The translations under genes were made by a program, and so were the position numbers. 64,000 nt of DNA, taken from contig CM060734.1 in the NCBI GenBank assembly GCA_030704615.1, positions 35,836,001 to 35,900,000 of the forward strand, written 5' to 3'. Below the pieces are notes generated by a model that saw nothing but the letters and a program-made list of their open reading frames with translations, was not told where the DNA came from and made no database searches. Below are positions 27,291 to 37,438 of this stretch, in pieces. Every line of letters starts with the position of its first letter. Within the stretch, counting starts at the first letter, position 1. Source of the stretch: Takakia lepidozioides. Lineage: Eukaryota > Plantae > Bryophyta.

Positions 27291-28100
27291 AAATCAATTG
27301 AGATTATTAATAAATAAATAAATACATCTCTATCTTTTAGACTTAATTATATATAAATAAATACAAATATTCACAAAAAAGGACTAAACAGTAAAATTAG
27401 GTGGGATATAATAAACCATTTTGTGATTTGCCTAATAAATTTTTTTTACACTAGAATATGTCTCTTTATATATATGTGTGTGTGTGTATATATGTATACA
27501 TATATATACCTCTAAACTAATAATTCTTATCCCAAGAGTAATTATACATTCGCATTACTTATTTCTAGACTATTGTTTTCGTAAACACGTCAATGAGCTA
27601 GTACTAACCGTTGGATAGAAATTTACAAACGCAAGACTTATAAAAATATATAAGACGAAAAATTGGAAACTCAACAAGAGCAGCACCTCAGGGCTAAGCG
27701 GCGCCTTCGGGACCTAACTTAGCTCCGTCTAACGTGAACCCTAATCTAATAGACAGTCACTAACGCAGTGCAATAGTGGTTGTCACTACCCTTTGAGCCA
27801 TGTGAGTATCTTTTCTCTATCTCAATAGTCACCTCTCCAGTGAGCATAGACCTCACTACAATCAGACCACATAATTGCACTTTTCTCTCTGTAAAAATGA
27901 ATGTTCTTCCTCACAGATGCTTCGAATAGTTTTGTTAGTTCTCCCCTCCAAATACTATCGACTCTTTTTAATTAAATGCATTGTGAGTTTCTTATCTACT
28001 GGTAGTTCATCAAGATATATAATCTACTTATCTCCTTAGGTACGCCTGTGATTATATTGTCCACTCTCGTGCCATTATCTAACTTGATACCAGGCCATAG

Positions 28101-28112
28101 GCTTTGATACCA
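28101..28112 (-). promoter_or_regulatory. Primer-binding site (initiator Met tRNA) of the Copia element
   Basis: gctttgatacca is the reverse complement of TGGTATCAAAGC and abuts the 5' LTR. Confidence 0.9.
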
Positions 28113-28350
28113 TGTTAGATTATTATCGTCTTATCTATTCAGACACGACTTTATGTTGAAGACATGATAAGATTAATATCAGGACACATTAGATAGTGTC
28201 AGAGCTCATGAGAGCTTCACTCTGTCTCTCATCTCTAGACTAGTACCTCTCTTGTGTGTAGACTACCACCGAGCTTCACACCCTTAGTATCATGGACACG
28301 AAGAGTCAGATGTAACTACAACAACCTACTCATACTCATTCATCTCTTCA
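28113..28350 (-). repeat. Copia 5' LTR
   Basis: tgttag...cattcatctcttca; matches 10353-10620. Confidence 0.9.
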
Positions 28351-30002
28351 TCATGACCCAAGAGCTCCTTTATATAGACGTCGACACCTTGCAGCTGTGA
28401 CACCCAAGGGAAGCTTGGATTGAGATCGCCAATAATGAACATCCCAGCCATCTCAAGAGTTGTTCCATATACCGCAAATCTTGAAGTTTCCTGATGGTTT
28501 TCGAAGTACCTGAGAGTAGTAGGATAGGAATTACACAGTACAGAATTGAAAGTCAGAACAGGTTTGCAACTTTTTGCACATGTGTCAATGTCTATTACTA
28601 TTTGGGTCTGGGGAAGATACATATATATGTTGGACTGTAAGAGAACTTGAAGAAAACAAGCATATCTCTATATCAGTATTGTAGCCATGAGTATATGGAA
28701 CAGGGACTTAACGAAGAACAATCAACGTGGGACCTCCCAAGCACTGCATGATTTGATTTCCTGTTTCAAATGAGTGTCTGATTCCTCTCTACAGCACTTG
28801 TCCTGTCCAAATAAATAGGCGTAGAGCAATAATCTACTACGGTTCTGTGAACTACATGATGAAGAAAGGTAACAAAGGTTCGAAGGAGGGAGGAAGGTTT
28901 CCAGTCCACGATGAGCCAGCAAAAGCGAGAGCTGGGTTCGGTCTTGAATTGTCCTTGCCATCTCCAGATTCAAACTTTTCACGTGTTCCAGTTATAGGGT
29001 TGCTAAGAAAATCCCTTCATGACGGGCATATATCTCGACTACTTTCACGATGTTATACATTTGGCCTTCAGATTGATCCCCTCTTTGGAATTCAGGTGAA
29101 ACAGCTCATCTCTCTCGAATGCGAGTATACAGTCGACACAGATGGCACAACGATTCGTGATCACCACAGGCAAAATGACACGGGCGTTGCACTACTGCCT
29201 CCCAACAAGGAGCGAAACTCCGCACTGGCGTTTACCCGGTCATTTTGATCTCGGTGTACCCTTACCAGAAACTACAGGCTTGAACAAGAAAACTTTGTAA
29301 CATAGATGTTTCAGTTCCTAGTGTGGAGAGACATAAATTAGCCGCTCTGTGAATAATTATAGAGAGAACAGAAGATCGAAAGGAAAGAATGGGACAAGAA
29401 CTCATAACAAGTTAAGAAAACTCTAGAATAAATCGCTACGGAGTGGACTCAAAAATCAATCTGAGCGAGGTCTTCAGTCGGGCGGTGAACTTGAGCTGTT
29501 GTCCAGATTCCGATGTGTGTAGCCTTTGCATCTTGCATCACTGCCCCTAACATCACAACTGCACTAGATGTGGTCGGAGCTACTTCAAAAGTCGAGACGC
29601 ACAGGAAATAGCTTCGCAAAAGCAAAGGGGTTGCGAAGTGCCATTCTCACACGATTGTCATCCCGTGAGAAAATGCACGAAATGAACCCATTACGTTGGG
29701 ACACAAGCAGGCCATCCACACTCCGCACCAATGGATCCCGAATCCCTGTGGTAGGGTGCGAGCAGCTAGCCACATTTTCAAACAAGAGAAATACAAGCCC
29801 GAGACCTAAAAATCGCTCCAGGCATACTGGCCGAAACAGGAACAATGGGGCAAAGTACGAGGCAAGAATGTGGGGCGACTCCTCGCTGCAAACTGCAAAG
29901 ATCGGCAGCGCAACGTCAGAGAACCCATGCTTGGTATGCGCCTACCACACACACGGTGTGCCGCGTTCTAACCTCTCTCGCGGAATACCACGTTGCTCCA
30001 TT
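28351..30002 (-). pseudogene. 5' part of the unknown degenerate ORF interrupted by the Copia element
   Basis: Minus-strand ORF pieces 29585-29845, 28722-28982 and 28351-28622 (last two in one frame) separated by isolated stops; no family recognised. Confidence 0.4.
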
Positions 30003-31439
30003 TCTTAAGGAGCCAACGCTCGGCCTAAGGCGCCCTCGTTATCAACCACAACGCCTAAACCGAACACATCTCTCCGTAAGTCTCAGCGTCAGATAACTCC
30101 TGCGATCTTATCGGCACTCCTGCACACTGTTTTCTATGGAGGTCATGGGATGGAGGAACTTGTACTACCATCTAACCTTATTACTCCCTCGAACAGCCCC
30201 AGAAACAAACACACCACAGTCACCGCTAACTGCAGATCGCATCTTGCCTCTTGAGTCAGATCTCTCCCTCTCTGCCATCTTCGCTCAAAACACAACAGCC
30301 TCCCAAGAGAAGGTGGAGCAGAAAATGAAGAATGTGGTCATCAACAACTCGGTCGCACTTGACCACCAAGCACATCCATCCGACATCTCGAGACCTCAAA
30401 CAAGCAAGTAATCTGTTCTTGTTGCTCAGCAGGTCAGAGACTCTGCAATGAAGAAGTCCAAATCTTTTGTTTGAGGTGCAAGGCGAGAGCATCCTTGGGT
30501 ATGGCTGAATACTCAGCGACAACTAGACCAAGGTTGCAAGTTCTGGTCTTGCATCGCGGTGCCGCTTCTACTTGCTCCCAGCTTCGTCTTTGGCACGGTG
30601 ATGGCAGCCCTTTGCGCCTCTCTCCGGAGTTTCCAGGGGGAGGCTACACTGTGTTGTCCCTGCCATGAATGGGCGGGTAGCTTCAAGTGCAGCAGATTAG
30701 CGGGCCAATTTGTGGAGCTGAAATGGGTTTTCTGCTCGGCAATGCTAGGCTCTGGGCCATTACAAGTGGTGGCTATGACGCCTCCTCAGCCTCCAGGGGA
30801 ACAGAAGAAAGGTGACCTTTATTTACGTTTTTGGGTCTCTGGAGTGTGTGGGTTAAATCGATCCAGACTCCATATTCTCCTCGACCCATCCCAGCTACAC
30901 AGATGCCTCACTTTGTGGACACCCTTCTCCTCCTATGGGCTCCTTCAGGACTGCTGAAAGATCTAAAATGTGTAATTAAAATTTTCCTTTTTCTTCTTCC
31001 ATTTAGAGAAAGAGAGATGCAGACCTTCTCTGTTCGTGGCATTGCTAAGGCATTCTCACCATAAATGTTCTATGAGCCACCCATTGCATCTTCCCCTTTA
31101 GACAGGAACAGAGCAGAAAAGTTGTGTGTTGGTAGGCTGCATGGGAGGTTGGAAGTTACATGCTCTTTATCCTCTCTTTGTGTGAGGACAATTATCAGCA
31201 GCGGTCGTTGGCTGTTAACGCAAAATGTTTTTGTAGCTGGTGTCCAAGTTGGTCTAAATGTTGCAAGGATGCACCTTCCTTCTGTGATGTGGAAGGCTAG
31301 CCAACACAATACCCCCGCCAATATGTAGCAAGGAGCGTGTCCTCTGAAAAGGTTTTTACTTGAAGTATGTAGGAGCTTTGAGACATATTTGCGACTTGGA
31401 GTGTCATGGTGTATAACTGAGAGTTTTCAGTCATGCAGG

Positions 31440-34379
31440 ATGGCAAGGTTGAATCGGGTACTATCGATTGAATCAGGCACGTCCACCATGACCACTGATT
31501 GTGGAAGAGGACCAACAAAGGGAGTCAACAATAACTCCAACTCTTGTGGAACTCATGGGGATGTCAGGACACTATGTAGGGCAGGACAATTGAAAGAGGC
31601 TCTGCACATTTTGAACCAAAAAGGCAGTTCGGCAGATGCCAATACATATCTCTGTCTCTTGAAGGAGTGCATCAAGATGAAATCCCTAGCCGATGGAAAG
31701 CAGGTGCACACTCACATGATACATAATGGATTCACGCCAAGCATCTGTCTACTCAACACCCTTGTCAACATGTATGCCAAGTGCGGGAGTGTGGTGGATG
31801 CACGTGTAGTGTTTGACGAAATGCCTGAACGAGATATCTTTACCTGGAACATAATGGTGGCAGGGTATACAAAGCATGGGTGTGGTAGGCAGGCCTTGGA
31901 CATCTATGAGCAAATGATATGGGAAGGGGTAACGCCCAACAGGGTCACATTCATTTGCACTCTCGGTGCGTGCGCCAGCCTAAGAACCCTGGAAAAGGGG
32001 AAAGAGGTTCATGCTTATATCACCAACGCTGGAATTGTACCAGACATAATCCTGGAGACTGCTCTTGCTGATATGTATGCAAAATGTGGGAGCATGATGG
32101 ATGCACGTCAAGTGTTTGACAATATGGCTGAACGAAATGTGGTCTCATGGAATGTAATGATCACAGGATATGCTCAGCATGGGTGTGGTGTGGAGGCTTT
32201 GGAGATGTATGAGCAATTGATACGGGAAGGGTTGGCACCCAACAGGGTCACATTCATTTGTGTTCTCAAGGCATGTGCCAACCTGGGATCGCTGAAGAAG
32301 GGCACAGAGGTCCAGGTTGACATCATCAAAGCTGGAATTGTGCCGGACATCATTCTTGAGACGTCCCTTGTTGACATGTATGCCAAATGCGGGAGCCTAA
32401 AAGATGCACATCGAGTGTTCAACAGTATGGCTCAACAAAATGTGGTCTCATGGAGTGCATTGATTGCAGGATATGCCAAGTATGGCTGTGGTAAGGAGGC
32501 TTTGGAGATGTATGAGCAAATGATAAAGACAGGGGTTATGCCCAATGCTATCACTTTTATTTGTGTTCTCAAAGCATGTGCCAGCCTGGCAGCCCTTGAA
32601 AAGGGCAAAAAGATCCATGCTGACATCATCAAAGTGGGAATCACACCAGATATCATTCTGGAGAATACCCTTGTTGACATGTATGCCAAATGTGGGAGCA
32701 TGAAGGATGCGCGTCAAATATTCAACAATATGGCTTCACGAGATGTGGTGTCATGGAACGCGATGATAACAGGATGTGGTCAACATGGGTGTGGCAGGGA
32801 GGCCCTCCAACTATTTGAACAGATGCAACAGGAAGGTTTGAAACCGAATGTTGTCACCTGGAGCGCCATGATTGCAGGATATGCTCAGCATGGGTGTGGT
32901 AGGGAGGCTTTGGAAATGTATAAGCAAATGATACAAGGAGAGGTACCGCCCAATACGATCACATTCATTTCCATTCTTGACGCATGTGCCAGCCTAAAAG
33001 CCCTGGAAAAGGGCAAAGAGGTCCATGCTGACATCATCAAAGCCCAAATTGGGTCACATATCATTCTGGAGACTGCACTTGTTAATATGTATGCCAAATG
33101 CGTAAGCATGAAGGATGCACTTCAAGTATTCAATAGTATGCCCCAACGAAACGTGGTCTCGTGGAGCGCAATGATGGCAGGATATGCTCAGCATGGGTAT
33201 GGTATGGAGGCTTTGGAGATGTATGAGCAAATGATATTGGAAGGGGTGATACCTGACAATGTCACGTTCATTTCTGTTCTCAATGCGTGTGCCAGCCTGG
33301 CAGCCCTGGAGAAGGGCAAAGAGGTCCATGCAGACATCATCAAAGTTGGAATTGCACCAGATGTGAATCTGGAGACTGCCCTAGTGGATATGTATGCAAA
33401 ATGCGGTAATATGAAGGATGCACGTCAAGTTTTTGACAATATGGCTCAAGAAAATGTGGTCTCATGGAATGCAATGATTGCAGGATATGCTCAGCATGGG
33501 TATGGTTGGGAGGCCCTGCAACTGTTTGAACAAATGAAACAGATGGGCTTCAAGCCGGATGGCATTACCTTCACTTGTGTACTCTCTGGATGTAGCCATG
33601 TGGGCCTAGTTGATGAAGGCCGTCACTACTTTGATTCCATGAGTGGAGACCATGGCCTCATGCCTACACTGGAGCATTTTGGCTGCATGGTGGACCTTCT
33701 TGGCCGTGCAGGGCGGCTGGATGAGGCAGAGCATTTTATCAACAAAATGTCCATCGAACCGGATGCCATGGTGTGGGGGGCTTTGCTTGGTGCCTGCAGA
33801 ATTCATGGCAATGTGTTGGTAGCAGAACGTGCTGCAAAATACCTTCTCATGTTGGATCCCCAGGGTGCTGCAACTTATGTGCTGCTATCAAACATTTATG
33901 CTGCTGCTGGTAGGTGGAATGATGCAGCCAAGGCGAGAAAGATGATGCAGGAAAGAGGTATCCGAAAGGAGGTAGGGCGCAGCTGCATTGAGGTTGAAGA
34001 CCAAGTGCATACATTTAGTGTAGAAGACAGCTTGCATCCACAACTTGAGGAAATCCATGCTGAGTTAAAGAGATTATCTGGGTGGATGAAAGAGGTTGGG
34101 TATAAGCCTGATACGCGTTTTGTATTGCACAATGTTGAGGAGGAGCAAAAGGAATCTTCTCTCCGCCACCACAGTGAGAAGCTAGCCATTGCTTTTGGGC
34201 TGATTAGCACACCACCAAAGATGCCCATCCAGGTCATCAAGAACCTTCGTGTGTGTGGTGATTGCCACACTGCCATCAAGTTTATCTCAAAGATTGTTGG
34301 GCGGTCAATTGTTGTGCGTGATGCCAACCGCTTTCACCACTTCCAAGATGGGGTTTGTTCTTGTGGGGATTATTGGTGA
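31440..34379 (+). CDS. PLS-class PPR protein with E1/E2 and DYW deaminase (organellar C-to-U RNA-editing factor), 21 PLS motifs
   Basis: P-L-S triplets, P2-L2-S2, E1/E2, HHSEKLAIAFGL, NLRVCGDCH, CSCGDYW*. First in-frame ATG at 31440; true N-terminus uncertain. Confidence 0.95.
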   Translation: MARLNRVLSIESGTSTMTTDCGRGPTKGVNNNSNSCGTHGDVRTLCRAGQLKEALHILNQKGSSADANTYLCLLKECIKMKSLADGKQVHTHMIHNGFTPSICLLNTLVNMYAKCGSVVDARVVFDEMPERDIFTWNIMVAGYTKHGCGRQALDIYEQMIWEGVTPNRVTFICTLGACASLRTLEKGKEVHAYITNAGIVPDIILETALADMYAKCGSMMDARQVFDNMAERNVVSWNVMITGYAQHGCGVEALEMYEQLIREGLAPNRVTFICVLKACANLGSLKKGTEVQVDIIKAGIVPDIILETSLVDMYAKCGSLKDAHRVFNSMAQQNVVSWSALIAGYAKYGCGKEALEMYEQMIKTGVMPNAITFICVLKACASLAALEKGKKIHADIIKVGITPDIILENTLVDMYAKCGSMKDARQIFNNMASRDVVSWNAMITGCGQHGCGREALQLFEQMQQEGLKPNVVTWSAMIAGYAQHGCGREALEMYKQMIQGEVPPNTITFISILDACASLKALEKGKEVHADIIKAQIGSHIILETALVNMYAKCVSMKDALQVFNSMPQRNVVSWSAMMAGYAQHGYGMEALEMYEQMILEGVIPDNVTFISVLNACASLAALEKGKEVHADIIKVGIAPDVNLETALVDMYAKCGNMKDARQVFDNMAQENVVSWNAMIAGYAQHGYGWEALQLFEQMKQMGFKPDGITFTCVLSGCSHVGLVDEGRHYFDSMSGDHGLMPTLEHFGCMVDLLGRAGRLDEAEHFINKMSIEPDAMVWGALLGACRIHGNVLVAERAAKYLLMLDPQGAATYVLLSNIYAAAGRWNDAAKARKMMQERGIRKEVGRSCIEVEDQVHTFSVEDSLHPQLEEIHAELKRLSGWMKEVGYKPDTRFVLHNVEEEQKESSLRHHSEKLAIAFGLISTPPKMPIQVIKNLRVCGDCHTAIKFISKIVGRSIVVRDANRFHHFQDGVCSCGDYW

Positions 34380-35297
34380 AAAGCTGCATACATGAAGACA
34401 GGTGTCGCTTTGAGCATGAGGGAAATGGGTGATAATTTATCAAAAGGAACTGTTGGAAAGTACAAGGTGGATGCAGCCCTTTGTAAGAGTTTTCCATTCA
34501 CAAATAAGATACTTAATGATAGATCAGCATCAGTGAAGGCATGGAGATGGTTATTGCAGAGCGAACTGTAAGCATGAATGAAATGCTGAAGTCTGGGGGG
34601 CTTGTTGAAGCAGAAAGAAGGTTGAACAAAGGTTCTCAGAATACCGTGGAACTGGGAACATTGATTCATGATGATGCTGATTATGAGGACAAGATCTTTG
34701 CAGGGATCGAAAATGCAATGATCCATAATCAGAAGTGGGAGCGCCGCAAGTAGAGTGAAATGACTGTCAGGTTCTCTGCGGTCTACAAATATACAGTACT
34801 TTATGGATACGGCGCAGTTCATCAAGGAGTGAAGCAACTAATTTATGGAACTTTTCAGTAAGCCAGCATTGGAAGGCTGTACCAATCCTTGGTCTTGCAG
34901 TAGAACACATGCAAATATCATGTCACGAAACATCCACAAAAGCAAAGATCAAACAATTCACACAAGTTCTGACTGTGTGCAGCTTGCAGCCATGCATTGT
35001 AATCCGTGAAAATGTGACCATTCAACATATGTTTAGGAGTCGGACTGATATATGGGAACAGCACTTTTTCAGCGGCGTAGGGCCAATTCGACTACTGAGA
35101 AATATTGAAGATTAGACTCGTTTGAATTGGTACTCACAATTTCTAGTTGTGAAGGATTTGGCCTTTGCGGACACACCCTGAAACAGTGTCCCAGTGTTTC
35201 TCACATTTGGCCTTTCAACGTTTCGGATCAAGGATTATGTGTGTCTTTGTGTGACAGAGGCGGGTCGAACCAAGAACTATTTCAGTTTATTTCAGGA

Positions 35298-35299
<2 letters not shown>

Positions 35300-35343
<44 letters not shown>

Positions 35344-35345
35344 GA
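35300..35345. repeat. (GA)n microsatellite
   Basis: Directly visible, upstream of the RbfA ATG. Confidence 0.95.
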
Positions 35346-35464
35346 ATGTTGGGGGTGGGGTGAACGGAGAGCAAATTTTGCATGATCCTTACATGCAGAT
35401 ATTGGGTACGACAGCATAATCCCCCGGGCACAAGTAGACAGACCAAAGGCAGGGAAGATACAGA

Positions 35465-36748
35465 ATGATGAGGGCCATTGTGGAGGCGGGCACACTACAT
35501 GCGGAGCGCGAATTGGCTAATAAGACGCACCCATTGCGGTTGCTGTTTTCCACAAGTTCACCTTCTTCAAGGCCTGCAAGGAGGACAGCCGCAAACAGTA
35601 GTGGGCGGGGGAGCGTCTCTGTGAGGCAGCAGAGAGTGGCCTCGGAGATTAGGGCGGTGGTGAGCACCGCCCTGCAGCAGGGACCCTACGACACTTCCCT
35701 TCTGCATCGTTGTGGCTTTGAAATTGAAGAGGTCTCTCTCTCTCTCTCCCTCATGTCGGCATTAATCCCATTTTTTGTTTCCTCTGTCTGCCCTTATTAC
35801 AGTCATACTGGCATTCGGGCAAAGGCCCCAAGGTGTGATTCAAGCCAGCTTTAGTCTTATTTTGGTTCCTTTGATACATCGGCTCGCCACTCACCAGGCG
35901 GACTGAAGCTCAATCTTGCAGAATGTATATTGGCTGTGGGAGAGCTGTGACATTTTTTACAAGGTTAGTCACAGGGTTATGTCCCATGCAGTCAGTGGGT
36001 GCAGGGAAACTGCACATTATGCTGATTACTACAGTCATTTTTCCATCACTCTCCTCCAAAAAATTTCTCTCTTCATCGTTCTAGCTGCTGCATTCGTGAT
36101 GGTGGATAAAACCAAAGGTTGATTGCACCAATTCACCTCTTTATTTTTTCTCCACTAAATTAGAGTGTCTGCACGAATCCTCTTTAAATTCATCACACCT
36201 AGGATTTCCTGGCAGGAGTACTGACATCAAACTGCTGAAATCCATAACCACTCATGCACACTGAAGCAGAGGCCACAGCTGCCTACTGCTATCATACTGG
36301 AAAAAAGAGGAGGGAGAGAGACAAAGTGGGGGCTGAGGGGCTAGACACACTGGGAGAGAGAGCTAGTCACATATATATATGCAAGGGGAGTTAACAGCTG
36401 CCTGTGGGTTTCCAGTACTGTGCACAGTATAGTTTGGACATAGAGTAAACCAGTGGGACAGGACAAGATTTGACATAGAGGATTGTAACATTTGGTATCT
36501 TGGAGCTAATGGAACAGGTGAAGATGAGTGGAGATTTGAGGAAAGCCTTTGTGCTATGGCGAGCAATGCCAGGAATGCAACAGACAGTAGAAAAGGAGAT
36601 CCATTCTCATGTCAAACGATTGCGGACAATGGTCTTTGCTCACCTATCAATGCCATTTTCACCATCTATTGAGTTTCGAGAGAAGAAACTCAACCCTCGA
36701 GCGCAAGAAATAGAGGAGTTTTTTGAACAGTTGGAGGAGAATGACTGA
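35465..36748 (+). CDS. rbfA: Ribosome-binding factor A family protein, probably organelle-targeted; exons 35465-35731, 36518-36748
   Basis: RQQRVASEIRAVVS...FEIEE|VKMSGDLRKAFVLW...LRTMVFAHLSMPFSPSIEFR follows the RbfA pattern; GT-AG phase-0 intron; S/R-rich N-terminus. Confidence 0.8.
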
Positions 36749-37438
36749 TGGGTGCGTAGGTGAGATGGTCAACAACTTGTTAGGAAGAAATTTTGTCCAA
36801 TCTTTTTCTTGCGAGACTGGGAAAGTGGCACGAGCTGGTTCACTTTTTATGTACATAAAGTTTTTTCTGTGAGTGCCTTGCCCACTTGGAGGTAAAAGAT
36901 TATGGAAGTGCGCATGTTTTCCACATGTCTGACCAAACATGTAAGATGATTCAGCCATTGTTTGCCACTGGTAAGTTCATCAGTTCAAGAACAAAAGACA
37001 GATAGCCAAGTACAAAATTGCAGCATGCGAGGTGAAATATCAGGGCCAAGGGACATGTCGCCAACTGTTCTGAAGTGAATTTCACCTGATCCAAACATCT
37101 ATGGCCGAAGTCAGACCTAAGTGATTTCAAACTGGGGTCAAAAAGCTCATAACTTAAAGCTTACCGTAGCTGTAATATTAACCCTGCAGTGTTCCCTCTT
37201 CACCGAGCACTACCTATACCTAGCACCTCAAAGCCTTGGCCATGAGGGGCAGGAGTGCCCACAAGGGGTTAAAAAATATCTACTGAATTTGTGCATGGGG
37301 GTCCACTTGAGTTACATGTAAAATGCACACACATCCAGCAGTCTCCAAAAAACCCTGATTTTCTGGGCAATTTTGCCAACTACAAGGCATATCTCATTCA
37401 GATTTTGTGCCTAAGCCATCAAGAGCTGTTAAGAGCAG

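Larger units (their letters stand above)
10353..28350 (-). mobile_element. Ty1/Copia LTR retrotransposon, degenerate, with ~14 kb of nested insertions
   Basis: Paired TG...CA LTRs, Met-tRNA PBS, PPT, TSD tcacg (10348-10352)/tcatg (28351-28355). Gag, protease, integrase, RT and RNase H remnants are colinear on the minus strand. Confidence 0.9.

Noticed and set aside
31440-31480. NRVLSIES in the first PPR gene as a relic of the PDF tail (compare NHESLSIDS)
   Set aside because: Too short; no PDFKHK or WWDN exon found upstream
34541-34753. 70-aa ORF after the first DYW stop codon
   Set aside because: No recognisable domain; in-frame stop just upstream; probably 3' UTR
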